From Thermotogota bacterium (GTDB lineage: Bacteria; Thermotogota; Thermotogae; MWEM01): 64,000 nt of DNA. Shown here piece after piece: positions 46,831 through 57,570 of the stretch; position 1 is the stretch's first letter, and the number at the start of each line of letters is the position of its first letter. The notes beneath the pieces are model-generated. The model was not told the DNA's origin and made no database searches. It saw only the letters and a list, made by a program, of their open reading frames with translations. The stretch covers positions 1,030 through 65,029 of the forward strand of contig DAINPP010000009.1 of assembly GCA_036743375.1 (NCBI GenBank), read 5' to 3'. The translations under genes and the position numbers were made by a program.

Positions 46831-48670
46831 TTGATTGAACGGTAGAAATATCATCCCAGATTTCTGCAATTTCACGCTGATTCTTCATAAAACAGTCAAA
46901 GATAACCGGATTAAAATGCGTGGGCTGTGTCCTTCCTTCTTCACCACAAATGATCGAAATTGCCTTATCGTGAGTATAAGCGCTCTTGTAAGGCCGCTCG
47001 GATCGTAAGGCATCATAAACATCCACGAGTGAGACAATCGCCGCTTCAAGCGGTATGGCCTCCCCTTTGATTCCGTAAGGATATCCGGAACCGTCATAGC
47101 GTTCATGATGATAAAGGGCAATATTCAACGCCGTATTGAAATAATCATCATCACCAAGGAGTCTTTTCCCGTAAAGTGTGTGTTTTTTCATCTTCTCCCA
47201 CTCTTCATCCGTTAATTTGTCCCGTTTCTTCAGGATGGATTTGGGAACAAGGATTTTACCGATATCATGAAGAGGGGCAAAATGCCTTATTTCTTCGATG
47301 CTTGCCGTTGAAAGATTCAACTTTTCCGCTATATAGGCAGAGAGTTCCCCAACGCGATCGATATGATTGCCGGTAACCTCATCGTAGGCTTCCGCAATAT
47401 AAGCCAGTCGATTACTGAATTTGACATAGGATTCGTTTAACAGCGATTTATTCTCATCTATCTGAAGATAAAGGCTCAGCAGATTACTGAAAAAGGTGGC
47501 AAAGCGCTTCGACTCTTGGGAAAAATCCGCATTTTCCCCCTCCATATCCACCGAAATATTGCCATAATGCCTTTTTTCACTTCTTATTGGGATTAAAAGT
47601 GTTTTTTTTACCTCTTTAAAGAACGATTCGAGTTTTACCACTTCAGAGGTAGGCGTACTTTGTCTCGTCAGATCAAGAATATCTTCGAACACTTCAGGTC
47701 TTTCTATATCTAAAAAGAAAGCATCCTGAAAACCAAACCGATTCAGCTCTTCGCAATCATACCCCTTCGCATCGAGAAAAATGGCCTGATTTTCTTCACG
47801 CGTCACGAGGACACCCTTTTTAAATTCCGGGATAAACTCATCAAGCCGGTTGAAAAAATTTTTTAAAAGGACATTTTTATCGTTATACCTGAAAAAGCTG
47901 ATATCGGCGAGTTTTTCTATCTTTTCAATCAATTCCTCGTTGGCCTTGTATGCGTCTGTCAATTCATCGCTGATCGCCTTGATCTGTTCATAACTCGATT
48001 GGATCTCATAATTCTTGGCCTTCAATTCAGAAATATCGGAAGCCGAAGTCAGTACGACTCTTGAAAGTTCGTCTTCATCGTGCATAAACAGGGTCTTGGT
48101 TATTTTAAGTGTCTGCTGATTTCCCCAGTAATCGCTGAGGGCCATCTCTGCAATAAGGTCCTCTCCCGTTTCCAGAACCCGTTTGTCCATTTCGGCAAGC
48201 TGCCCGAACACCTCTTTATCGATGTGTGTAAATTCATTCATGTATCTGTCTTTCAGTCCGTTAGGCCGCATCCCGAAAAAATCGGCATTCTTCCGATTGG
48301 TAAAGAGAAATTTTCCGTTCTGATCTTTGATACTGAGCATGGAGGGAACATTGTCGATTATATTCTGAATCTGTTTATTCTTCCGGTCGATCACCTTTAT
48401 CAGTTCATTCTTCTTCTTCATCTCTTTTCTCTGAATTACGATAGAGGCGACGGTGAAAAAAGTAAAGGCAGCGACGATGATTACAAGAATTTCCAGAAAA
48501 TCTATGGTAGAGATTGTATTTTCCCTGTATAGTTTTATAGATTCTTCTGACGTGGTTTCGGTAACAGGCTTAATCTCATGAAAAACTTCGTTATTTTCGG
48601 TTAACTGGACATCGGTACCCAAAAGCATCACATTAAAAAATATCATAATAAAAACAATAAATTTTTTCAA
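46811..48670 (-). CDS. Membrane-anchored PAS/GAF-like HD-GYP phosphodiesterase
   Basis: Two N-terminal hydrophobic segments, PAS (IKDQNGKFLFTN), HDIGK, HHERYDGSGYP, DVYDAL, RPYK. Confidence 0.9.
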   Translation of the reverse strand: MKKFIVFIMIFFNVMLLGTDVQLTENNEVFHEIKPVTETTSEESIKLYRENTISTIDFLEILVIIVAAFTFFTVASIVIQRKEMKKKNELIKVIDRKNKQIQNIIDNVPSMLSIKDQNGKFLFTNRKNADFFGMRPNGLKDRYMNEFTHIDKEVFGQLAEMDKRVLETGEDLIAEMALSDYWGNQQTLKITKTLFMHDEDELSRVVLTSASDISELKAKNYEIQSSYEQIKAISDELTDAYKANEELIEKIEKLADISFFRYNDKNVLLKNFFNRLDEFIPEFKKGVLVTREENQAIFLDAKGYDCEELNRFGFQDAFFLDIERPEVFEDILDLTRQSTPTSEVVKLESFFKEVKKTLLIPIRSEKRHYGNISVDMEGENADFSQESKRFATFFSNLLSLYLQIDENKSLLNESYVKFSNRLAYIAEAYDEVTGNHIDRVGELSAYIAEKLNLSTASIEEIRHFAPLHDIGKILVPKSILKKRDKLTDEEWEKMKKHTLYGKRLLGDDDYFNTALNIALYHHERYDGSGYPYGIKGEAIPLEAAIVSLVDVYDALRSERPYKSAYTHDKAISIICGEEGRTQPTHFNPVIFDCFMKNQREIAEIWDDISTVQSKTKDGL

Positions 48671-48841
48671 AGTTTACATTCTCCGTGTGATATACAAATA
48701 AGTCTCTAAACAATTCCTTCTTTTAGAGTATTTTTATCTTATCATTATTTTTAACCTATCTTCTTTTAATTATATGAAGTTTTATAAGATAAAGACATCA
48801 TCCGTGACAACAATGGAGAATGTTTGTTTTCTTTCAGTCGA

Positions 48842-49420
48842 TTACCTTTTTTTCTTATTCTGATCGGATATATCCGTCAGGATATCCGTTTTCATGCCCG
48901 ACAGGCTCAGAATTTTCACGATGAAATCCGTTTTATCCTCCACATAGGACTCAATATCATCAATATATTTCCCCGCGAGTAATTTCTTCAATTCTGAATA
49001 TTCTTTAACCGCTTCGGGATTTTCCCTGAGATAGTCCCTGAGTTTCAGATGATTCTCAAGGCTCTCTATTCCCTTCATACAGCAGTACAGATGGTGATCA
49101 GGCCAGTCTCTGTCCGGTTCAGAACAGGGAACTTTTCCGGAAGTTCTCGCAAAGGCCTCTCTCCCCTTAATGCCAAGATCTCCCTGATGGATGTATCCGA
49201 CGGTCTCAAGCCTGCAGATAATCTCCCTTTTTCCCATCTCCGAAAAGGCTATGATATCCATATCTATGATCGGTTTTGCGGCAAGCCCTTCAACAGACGT
49301 ACTGCCGACATGCTGTATATCACAGTCTATTCCGGTCAGCAATCGTTCATAATAAGTTTTAAATGCCTGAAAATCTTCAGCCCACTTTGGATCATAGTCT
49401 TTCACTACGATTTTCTGCAC
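48842..49420 (-). CDS. GrpB/UPF0157 family nucleotidyltransferase-like protein
   Basis: YDPKW, HVGSTSVEGLAAKPIID, HLKLRDYLR, EYSELK. Confidence 0.88.
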   Translation of the reverse strand: MQKIVVKDYDPKWAEDFQAFKTYYERLLTGIDCDIQHVGSTSVEGLAAKPIIDMDIIAFSEMGKREIICRLETVGYIHQGDLGIKGREAFARTSGKVPCSEPDRDWPDHHLYCCMKGIESLENHLKLRDYLRENPEAVKEYSELKKLLAGKYIDDIESYVEDKTDFIVKILSLSGMKTDILTDISDQNKKKR

Positions 49421-49482
49421 ACCGTATCACCTCCGGAATCTCAAATGCCAGTCTTATTAGATTCATCTCGAAAGAGCTCCAC

Positions 49483-50484
49483 TCAAACACGAACCCTTCG
49501 AACCGATGTGATCTTCTCCTCAAGCTCCTTTCCATAAGCGGTATCCGGATTAAATACCCGATCAACACTCACACCACCGTGATACACGTTGGAATGCAGC
49601 ATCAGGTCTTCACCGATGTACATGCCGACATGTCCCGGAAAGTAAATAAGATCTCCAAAGGTTCTGTCTTCCATATTAACCGGCTCAAGGACTTTTTCCT
49701 GCTGATCGGCATCTCTTGGAATGATCACACCGAGAAGATGATAAAGTCTTCCCACGAGACCCGAACAATCCGTACCGAAGACCGAAGAGCCGCCCCAGAG
49801 ATAAGGCGTTCCCATAAACGGCCTGATATATTTTTCAAGAGAGCTCTTATCTCTCTTTTCATCATCATAAGTCCCCTCTATCACTTCAAAATCCCCGGCG
49901 GCCGTTTCAAAGAATTTATTCTGTTCCGAATTCGAATCGGAGTAGACGACGGATCCCATAGAAACCCAGAATGATCGATTGATATCCGAGACACTTTCCA
50001 GCATGGCAAACCTTGTCTGTACGAGATGAAGGCTCTTCTGACAAAGATCACTCATCCGCTCTTCGGTACAAAACGACAACCCGTTGTTATTGACATAACC
50101 AACATATCCATGATTCAGATCCTTGACAAGCGAATAAACCGTTCCGAGCTCAAGAACCTCTACCCATTCTCCAAAGATGAGATCTCTGACGCGTTCACTT
50201 CTGAACCTCGGATCTTTTCTGACATCAAGGACCGGGATAGTGATCTGGGCATACGAAAACGGCTCGGGAACGGATTCGTTCAATACCCTTATCTCACTCT
50301 TTTTTACTTCGGGAAACCGCTTCAGACATTCCACGACTTTTTCCTTTCCCTCTACGCTGTCTACTTCTATAAAGACGATCATCCCTTCATCATCGAGAGA
50401 TCTGTACCGGTAGTAGTTGATCCTCTCATCAGAAAAGAGATCTTTTATCTCATGATCGAGTCTTTCCATAGTTCTGAGATCCAT
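49483..50484 (-). CDS. NlpC/P60 (C40) peptidase with SH3-like domain
   Basis: GTPYLWGG...DCSGL, IPRDADQQ, GDLIYFPGHVG; upstream SH3-like LIFGEWV...GYV. Confidence 0.9.
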   Translation of the reverse strand: MDLRTMERLDHEIKDLFSDERINYYRYRSLDDEGMIVFIEVDSVEGKEKVVECLKRFPEVKKSEIRVLNESVPEPFSYAQITIPVLDVRKDPRFRSERVRDLIFGEWVEVLELGTVYSLVKDLNHGYVGYVNNNGLSFCTEERMSDLCQKSLHLVQTRFAMLESVSDINRSFWVSMGSVVYSDSNSEQNKFFETAAGDFEVIEGTYDDEKRDKSSLEKYIRPFMGTPYLWGGSSVFGTDCSGLVGRLYHLLGVIIPRDADQQEKVLEPVNMEDRTFGDLIYFPGHVGMYIGEDLMLHSNVYHGGVSVDRVFNPDTAYGKELEEKITSVRRVRV

Positions 50485-50615
50485 ATTTTCATCCTCCCCC
50501 TGTTTTCATGCTATAATTGAGTGTTTATTTTCCTGCAGTCTGTTTTCCTCGCAAAATCATAAGTGACTGTAAAAGTCCATACAATTATACATTATTTACG
50601 AAAGAAGTGATTTGA

Positions 50616-51845
50616 ATGATAGAAAAAATGAACGGTAAAGTGATGATTGAATCGGTCGATCTCTTTGAATTGGCTGAAAAATACGGGACGCCTCTGTATT
50701 GTTACAGTAAGCAGGCGATTAAGGACCGGATCAAGATGATTTATCATACCATGGAAGAAATCGCAGATTTCCACCTTGGATTTGCCTTAAAGGCAAACAA
50801 CAATATCCATCTGATCAACCTCCTTGTAAAAAATGGATGTATGATAGATATAGTCAATCACAACGAATATATTCTTGCCCGTGAAGGGGGGACACCTGCG
50901 GATAAGATCGTCGTCAACGGGAATGGGGCGAGTAGAGAATTTCTCGAAACAATGATAGCGGAAGGTGTTTATTCGATCAATATCGATTCATACGAAGAAT
51001 ATAAGATCGTCAGAAATATCGTGGAGAAGCTGGATGACAAGGAAAGGCTCCCCAATTTTATGCTCCGGGTCAACCCGGATGTCAATCCGAATACACATCC
51101 GTACATCTCCACAGGACTTAAGGAAAATAAATTCGGTATCCAGATGGATGTGGCGAGAAAGATCCTATCAACGGATAAGGGACTGATAACCGGGCTGCAT
51201 ACCCATATCGGTTCAAACATATTCGACATCAGTCCGTTTAAAGAGGCCTTTGCAAAATTACTTGAACTGAAGAAAGATTTCTCGCAGTTGAAGGCGGTAA
51301 ATATCGGAGGCGGCTGGGGTATCGACTATCACAAAGAAGGAACGGATTTCGATACGGAAACCTTCAGAAAGGAGATCGTTCCCCTCCTCAAGGAAATGGA
51401 TTGCAGGATCATGATGGAAATTGGCCGCTTTATCATGGGACCTTCCGGCATCCTTCTTTCAAAGGTGCTTTACAAGAAGGAAACCGAATTCAAAACATTC
51501 GTCGTATGTGACGCAAACATGGCTAATATGATCAGGCCCGCCCTTTATGACGCCTATCATCATATACAGCCCCTTCATACAAAACCGGTTGAAGAAAAGA
51601 TAACGGCTGATGTAGTTGGCGGTCTCTGTGAAACGGGAGACCGGCTGGCAAAAAACAGGGAGATAGAGGATGTCAGCAAGGGTGATCTCATCGCCATACA
51701 CGATGCCGGTGCCTACGGTTATTCTATGGCTTCAAACTACAACGCGGAATCAAAACCGGCTGAAGTCCTCATCTATAAAGATTCTCACAGATTGATCAGA
51801 AAACGCGAAACGGTTCAGGATCTACTTAAAAAAATGAAGATATGA
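50616..51845 (+). CDS. lysA: Diaminopimelate decarboxylase
   Basis: YGTPLY, FALKAN (PLP Lys), LRVNP, KFGI, HIGS, NIGGG, VGGLCETGD, AGAYG.SMASNYN. Confidence 0.93.
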   Translation: MIEKMNGKVMIESVDLFELAEKYGTPLYCYSKQAIKDRIKMIYHTMEEIADFHLGFALKANNNIHLINLLVKNGCMIDIVNHNEYILAREGGTPADKIVVNGNGASREFLETMIAEGVYSINIDSYEEYKIVRNIVEKLDDKERLPNFMLRVNPDVNPNTHPYISTGLKENKFGIQMDVARKILSTDKGLITGLHTHIGSNIFDISPFKEAFAKLLELKKDFSQLKAVNIGGGWGIDYHKEGTDFDTETFRKEIVPLLKEMDCRIMMEIGRFIMGPSGILLSKVLYKKETEFKTFVVCDANMANMIRPALYDAYHHIQPLHTKPVEEKITADVVGGLCETGDRLAKNREIEDVSKGDLIAIHDAGAYGYSMASNYNAESKPAEVLIYKDSHRLIRKRETVQDLLKKMKI

Positions 51846-51939
51846 TGTATAATCGTACGTCGATCAATTCATTTTAAGTTCATCTGTTTGGAGTTTCATC
51901 TAATACCCGGAGACCCTCTTCATTAAGTCAGGTGGTTTT

Positions 51940-54336
51940 TTGAACGAGTCTGATAGGTTTGATTTTGAGATTGTCGATGCATCTTCAATGGCTTTTGTTC
52001 ACAAAAAAATACTATACGATGACTCTGGATTTGTCAGAGATTTCCTTATTGTCCACGTAAACAGGGCGTTTGAATTGTTGCTTGGCGTAAGTGCGAATGA
52101 TCTGTGCGCTACTGAAGAGAGTAATTTTTTCGGTTATGCCAAGGAAAATTATCAAAGGCTGCTGAAGGATTACTCTCTTCAGTTCGAAGAGAAAAGGCCT
52201 TTCTTCATAGATATCTACTCACCAAAGTTTCACAAGTGGATGCGAATTTATTATGAACACGTCAGAAATGATTATTATATCTCCTGGGTTCTCGATGTCA
52301 ATGCGGAAAAAATATTGATGCAGACCTCCAATGAGATGTTTCAATCCGGGATGATACAGCCTAAAACCATCGCCGAAAGAGCCTGCAGAATATCCGAAAC
52401 CCCCTTTGTGTTCTTCTGTCAATTCAGGGATAATGAAGCTCACCCGTATGATCATGAAACTTATACCGAAAGGATGGAACTCAACGACTTTTCAGAAAAC
52501 ATCGCCAGATATTTCACAGAAATCTCAAAACGGGATCTGATGAATTCTTTTACAAAAGCCGATCTTTCCCCCATAGGCAATTCTACCCTGAACATCTCAT
52601 CGCCCGAAGATTATCTTTGTACAATTCATCTGTTGATCCGTGAAAACAAGTTAAAGGGTCTTTTCCTCTTCCTGTATCAAAAGGGGGTTGAAATCAGGAA
52701 TATCCCCTTTCTTCTGACTTTCACGGAACAAGTCAGCATGCTGATGCACGGCAATGAATTAGTAGAAAGGCGAATGACCGCGGAAAAGTCACTAAAACAG
52801 AAGGAAAAAAATTATCGGATCATGACGGAGAACGCCACAGACGGTGTCGCGGTGATTCAACAAAAGAAGCTGAAATATATCTCACCTTCCTATAGAAAGA
52901 TGCTATTACTTGGTGAGGAGGAGGAATTGAATTCTGTTGATGATGTATTCGTAAACGTTCCAGAAGAATATCGCCAGCAAATAAAACAGAATTTCAGAAG
53001 GGTCAGCGAGAATGTGGATGAAGTCTTAACGCAAAGGTACCCCGTTGTCAAGAAAGATGGGACAAAAACGTGGCTCGAAGACAACATGAGGCTTCTTATC
53101 GAAGAGGAGGGAGCCTTCGAGACGATTTATCTGAACGGCAGAGATGTGACAAAACAGGTCCAGTACGAAAATGAGCTGGTGGAGACTAAAAAGAGGATCG
53201 AAAAGGCCAATTCCGTCAAGACCGAATTTATGATGAACATGAGTCATGAACTCAGGACGCCCCTTAATGGAATACTCGGCTTTTCATCTTTATTAAAGGG
53301 AACCGACCTCGATAATGAACAACTGGAATACATCAGCAACATCGAAGTATCCGGCCGGCGTCTCCTCGGAATCGTAAACGATATCCTTGATTTCACCAAA
53401 ATACAGACTTATAAGATGAAGATCACACATGAGCCGGTGATGATCAGAGAAATGTTAGGGAGTTTGATCAATATGATCTCCAGAACAGCGGAAGACAAGA
53501 ACATAGAAACCCTTCTTGAATTCGACGACAATATTCCGGAAAAGGTGTGCGTTGATAAAATAAAACTGTCACAGATCCTGTCAAACCTGTTGATGAACGC
53601 ACTGAAATTTACCGAGAAGGGAAAAATCATCCTCAAGGCCGTTCTGTTCACAAGAAATCATTCCAAAGCGATCATCAGATTCTCCGTTTCAGATACCGGG
53701 ATTGGTATTGATCCCTCGGTGAAAAAATTAATCTTCGAATCATTCACTCAGGCCGATTCCTCGTTAAGCAGACAGTATGGGGGAACAGGACTTGGTCTGA
53801 GTATATCTAACGGGATTTTAAACCTGATGGACAGCCGGTTGAATTTGACCAGTGAATCGGGTAAGGGTAGCGAATTCAGTTTCATTCTGACACTCGAGAT
53901 CTGTGATGAAAAAAACGAACCTGTGGATTCCGAAAAACAACAGAAAGAAACGGTTAATCCGGATTATAAACAATTAAAGATTCTTATTGTGGAAGACAAT
54001 CAAATCAATTTGAAACTCAACGAAACAATCGTCAGAAGACACTATCCCTACGCAAAGATATTCGAGGCCATGAATGGCAAGGAAGCCATCGAAAATCACA
54101 TGAAAAATCATGCGGATCTCATCCTGATGGATGTGAGAATGCCTGAAATGAACGGACTTGAGTCCACAAGGATCATCCGTAAAAATCTGAAGGATAACGA
54201 TGTCATCATTATCGGCCTTTCAGCTGAAGCGCATAAAGACAAGATATACGAGGGAATTGCATCCGGGATGGACGACTATATCACGAAACCGGTAATCCCC
54301 AATGAACTGATAAAAATAATCAACAAATACATTTGA
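51940..54336 (+). CDS. Hybrid sensor histidine kinase (PAS-like/PAS + HisKA + HATPase + REC)
   Basis: MSHELRTPLNG, NALKFT, DTGIGI, GGTGLGL, ILIVED...LMDVRMP...KP. Confidence 0.93.
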   Translation: MNESDRFDFEIVDASSMAFVHKKILYDDSGFVRDFLIVHVNRAFELLLGVSANDLCATEESNFFGYAKENYQRLLKDYSLQFEEKRPFFIDIYSPKFHKWMRIYYEHVRNDYYISWVLDVNAEKILMQTSNEMFQSGMIQPKTIAERACRISETPFVFFCQFRDNEAHPYDHETYTERMELNDFSENIARYFTEISKRDLMNSFTKADLSPIGNSTLNISSPEDYLCTIHLLIRENKLKGLFLFLYQKGVEIRNIPFLLTFTEQVSMLMHGNELVERRMTAEKSLKQKEKNYRIMTENATDGVAVIQQKKLKYISPSYRKMLLLGEEEELNSVDDVFVNVPEEYRQQIKQNFRRVSENVDEVLTQRYPVVKKDGTKTWLEDNMRLLIEEEGAFETIYLNGRDVTKQVQYENELVETKKRIEKANSVKTEFMMNMSHELRTPLNGILGFSSLLKGTDLDNEQLEYISNIEVSGRRLLGIVNDILDFTKIQTYKMKITHEPVMIREMLGSLINMISRTAEDKNIETLLEFDDNIPEKVCVDKIKLSQILSNLLMNALKFTEKGKIILKAVLFTRNHSKAIIRFSVSDTGIGIDPSVKKLIFESFTQADSSLSRQYGGTGLGLSISNGILNLMDSRLNLTSESGKGSEFSFILTLEICDEKNEPVDSEKQQKETVNPDYKQLKILIVEDNQINLKLNETIVRRHYPYAKIFEAMNGKEAIENHMKNHADLILMDVRMPEMNGLESTRIIRKNLKDNDVIIIGLSAEAHKDKIYEGIASGMDDYITKPVIPNELIKIINKYI

Positions 54337-54356
54337 TCGTGATAAAGTGAGGGAAT

Positions 54357-57300
54357 ATGGAAAGAAAATTTAAAAACAGCATAGAAAATTCTCCAATTGC
54401 CTTTGCCTACGGGTTGATAACTTTCGATGAAAGAGATTGTGTCGAAGATTTCTCCGTTTTATATGTCAACAAATACTTTGAAAAAACTACCGGCTTGAGA
54501 AAGGAACTGATACTGAACAGAAACTTCTCCGATTTTTTTGAAAGACAAGGCAAAAAGAGAATTGCCTGGATGAAGAGAATTTTTTCAGATGCCTTAAAAT
54601 CTGAATATCTCGAAGAAACGATCTATTCCCATACCCTGAAAAGCTGGTTTCAGATAAAAATAGAATACGACACCTCTTTTCCAAATCACTTTAAATGCTG
54701 GATAACAGATATAACGGCAGAAAAAATACTGTTGAAGACTTCCGAAGAAATCCTGAACTCAAAAAATATCACTTATCAAACGATCATCAACAGGGCCTTG
54801 AAAATAGGGAACGCAAAATATGCCTTTCTCGCTTCCTTGAATATGGAAAAGGATACCTTTACCATCCTGTCAAATGCATCAAAGACCAACAGAGCCATTC
54901 AACCAATCTTCCACCGACATCACCCCGCCGGAACCACCTGGGGACTTGGAAAGGCTTTTGGGGAAGACTTAAGACACAATGTAAACATCATGACAGACCC
55001 CATGCTGTTTTTCACTGATGATTCCCAGAATTCCTTTATGAATGACTTAAAACCGTTGATCAAACCTGAGGAGACCCTCCTGATAAAAATAGGAAAAAAG
55101 GGAAAGATAATGGCCTTTCTCGCATTGTTTCCAGACGAAAACTTCCGGCAGGCGGACAGAAATATACTGAAGACGTACGCCAAGCAACTCTCCGTAATCT
55201 TTCATAACAAAGAAAATGAGCTGAGGGAAAAAAAGAGAATCGAACAGTTGAACATGTATGAGTCCATCATCTCGACGGTTTCCGATCCGATGTCCGTTAT
55301 CGATTGTGACTACAGATACCTCATCATCAACAACGCCTATACCAGATTTCATAACAGACCGCGTGAGGCAATCATAGGCCGAAGTATCAGCGAATTTTAC
55401 AAGCACAACAATGATTTTGAAGAGATTATAAAACCCAGACTTGACGAATGTCTTCGGGGGAAGACCGTAAAATACAAGCATTGGCTGGAAAATCAGAACG
55501 GTGAGAAGAACTTTTTTGAGATTTGCTATTATCCGAGGTATTCGAACTCCGGAGAGATAATTGGTTGTGTCATCCAGGGAAAAGATCTGACCGAAGAAAT
55601 CTCCCTGAGAAAAAAGCTTTCCAACGTTATTGAGGGGACCGATGCCGGAACATGGGAAAGGGATCTTCTGACAGGGGAGGCCTTTCTCAATGAAAGATGG
55701 GCCAATATGCTCGGTTATACCCTTAAGGAATTGTTTCCTTTAAACAATATGACCTGGAAATCCAGAATCCATCCGGATGATCTGGAGAAGGTTAATAAAG
55801 CGCTGGCTGAACATTATAGAAGACGTATTGATCATTTTGAATGTGAATTCCGTATGAGGCATAAAAACGGAAGCTGGATCTGGATTCTCTCTAAGGGAAA
55901 GGTGTTAGAATGGACTGATGCGGGAAAACCCCTCAAGATGTTTGGTACGCAGGTAGATATCAGTAAGCGGAAAGAAGCGGAAGAAAAACTGATCGAGAGT
56001 AGGAATCTGATGCATTCGATTGTGGATACACTCCCTGGGGATATGACGGTAATAGACGATGAATACCGGATTATTGCCTTTAACAAGGATAATTTCAAAT
56101 TCAGTGTCGTTGGAATAACGGATAAGAATGCCACTTTGGGGAAAAAATGTTATGAAGTATACATGAAGAGAGATTCTCCCTGTCCCTGGTGCAGGATTTC
56201 GGACGCCATGACGTACAAAAAATCGTTCACCGAGATCACCTCTAAAGAGGATCCACGCGAGAAAATCTCCGGTAAATCGCTGAAATTATTCGTCTCCCCT
56301 ATCTTTGAAACCGATGGAACCGTGCTGGGTGCCGTTGAATACGCCTTGGATATCACCGATTTAAAAGAGGCGAAGGAAACCGCGGAAAAGGTCAAAAAAC
56401 AGAAAGAGGATTTTTTTGCCAATATGAGTCATGATCTCAGAACACCTGTCAACAGCATCATCGGCTATTCCAAATTGCTGCAGAAAACGCTGTTTGAATC
56501 CACACAGAAGAAATACATCAATCATATCATCAACACATCGGATAATCTGCTCCAGATCATCAAAAACATCCTTGAATATTCTAAGGCGGAAACCGGAAAA
56601 CTCCGTTTAAACAGGGAAAAAACGGATATATACAAGCTTCTGAACACGGCCTTTGAACTGATTAAACCACTTTTAAACGAGAAGACCTCTTTTACCCTTT
56701 ATATCGACAAAAAGATTCCGAGATATCTGAAGACAGATGATAGGAAACTGGAGCATATCATGAACAATCTACTGAGCAATGCCGTAAAATTCACTGAAGA
56801 AGGGCGAATCACCTTGTCCGCAAAATTATTAAACCGCACCGATACAAAGGCGGAAATCAAGATCTCGGTAAAAGATACGGGAATTGGTATTGAAGAGAAG
56901 GCTCAACAGACGATCACCGGTTCCTTTGATCAGGGAAACAGTTCAATACCTTATAAATACGGTGGGACGGGACTTGGTTTATCGGTCGTTTCAAAATTTC
57001 TCGAGCTCTTCGACAGTGAACTGACCATAGAAAGTATGCCGGGAAAAGGGAGTAAATTCAGCTTTATTCTCAACTCCGACTATATCACGGCAAAAGAGGC
57101 GGAAAAGGACATCAGGGAATACTCAACCGTGAAAGACCGCTCTTTTAAGGTATTAATCGCTGAAGACAACGAAATCAACATCATGCTGCTGGAAGCCATG
57201 ATCAAAAGGGATTTTCAGAATGCAAAGGTGTTGATCGCAAAAAATGGGGAAGAAGCGGTAGAACTCTATAAAGAACATGAACCCGGAATCGTCTTTATGG

Positions 57301-57506
57301 ACATCAACATGCCGTTGTTAAGCGGTTACGATGCGACACAGAAGATAAGAAAAACAGCCGGAGCATCAAAAATCTCCATCATAGGATTTACCGCGTCATC
57401 TATTCCGGAAGTCCTTGAAAAGGCCATAAAAAGTGGAATGAACGAGTGTATCACCAAACCGGTTACGGCGGAAAAGATTAAGCTTATCATTTCAAACTGT
57501 TTATAA
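54357..57506 (+). CDS. Hybrid sensor histidine kinase (multiple PAS/PAC + GAF-like + HisKA + HATPase + REC)
   Basis: PAS3 (WKSRIHPDD...EFRMRHKNGSWIW), MSHDLRTP, NAVKFT, GGTGLGL, VFMDINMP. Confidence 0.93.
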   Translation: MERKFKNSIENSPIAFAYGLITFDERDCVEDFSVLYVNKYFEKTTGLRKELILNRNFSDFFERQGKKRIAWMKRIFSDALKSEYLEETIYSHTLKSWFQIKIEYDTSFPNHFKCWITDITAEKILLKTSEEILNSKNITYQTIINRALKIGNAKYAFLASLNMEKDTFTILSNASKTNRAIQPIFHRHHPAGTTWGLGKAFGEDLRHNVNIMTDPMLFFTDDSQNSFMNDLKPLIKPEETLLIKIGKKGKIMAFLALFPDENFRQADRNILKTYAKQLSVIFHNKENELREKKRIEQLNMYESIISTVSDPMSVIDCDYRYLIINNAYTRFHNRPREAIIGRSISEFYKHNNDFEEIIKPRLDECLRGKTVKYKHWLENQNGEKNFFEICYYPRYSNSGEIIGCVIQGKDLTEEISLRKKLSNVIEGTDAGTWERDLLTGEAFLNERWANMLGYTLKELFPLNNMTWKSRIHPDDLEKVNKALAEHYRRRIDHFECEFRMRHKNGSWIWILSKGKVLEWTDAGKPLKMFGTQVDISKRKEAEEKLIESRNLMHSIVDTLPGDMTVIDDEYRIIAFNKDNFKFSVVGITDKNATLGKKCYEVYMKRDSPCPWCRISDAMTYKKSFTEITSKEDPREKISGKSLKLFVSPIFETDGTVLGAVEYALDITDLKEAKETAEKVKKQKEDFFANMSHDLRTPVNSIIGYSKLLQKTLFESTQKKYINHIINTSDNLLQIIKNILEYSKAETGKLRLNREKTDIYKLLNTAFELIKPLLNEKTSFTLYIDKKIPRYLKTDDRKLEHIMNNLLSNAVKFTEEGRITLSAKLLNRTDTKAEIKISVKDTGIGIEEKAQQTITGSFDQGNSSIPYKYGGTGLGLSVVSKFLELFDSELTIESMPGKGSKFSFILNSDYITAKEAEKDIREYSTVKDRSFKVLIAEDNEINIMLLEAMIKRDFQNAKVLIAKNGEEAVELYKEHEPGIVFMDINMPLLSGYDATQKIRKTAGASKISIIGFTASSIPEVLEKAIKSGMNECITKPVTAEKIKLIISNCL

Positions 57507-57570
57507 CTTTCTATCTGAAATATGTTATGATCTAATAAATTAATAAATAGTACCGGCAGGTGATTGGATA

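Noticed and set aside
50485-50615. Lysine riboswitch upstream of lysA
   Set aside because: The 130-bp divergent gap is too short and lacks L-box conserved motifs.
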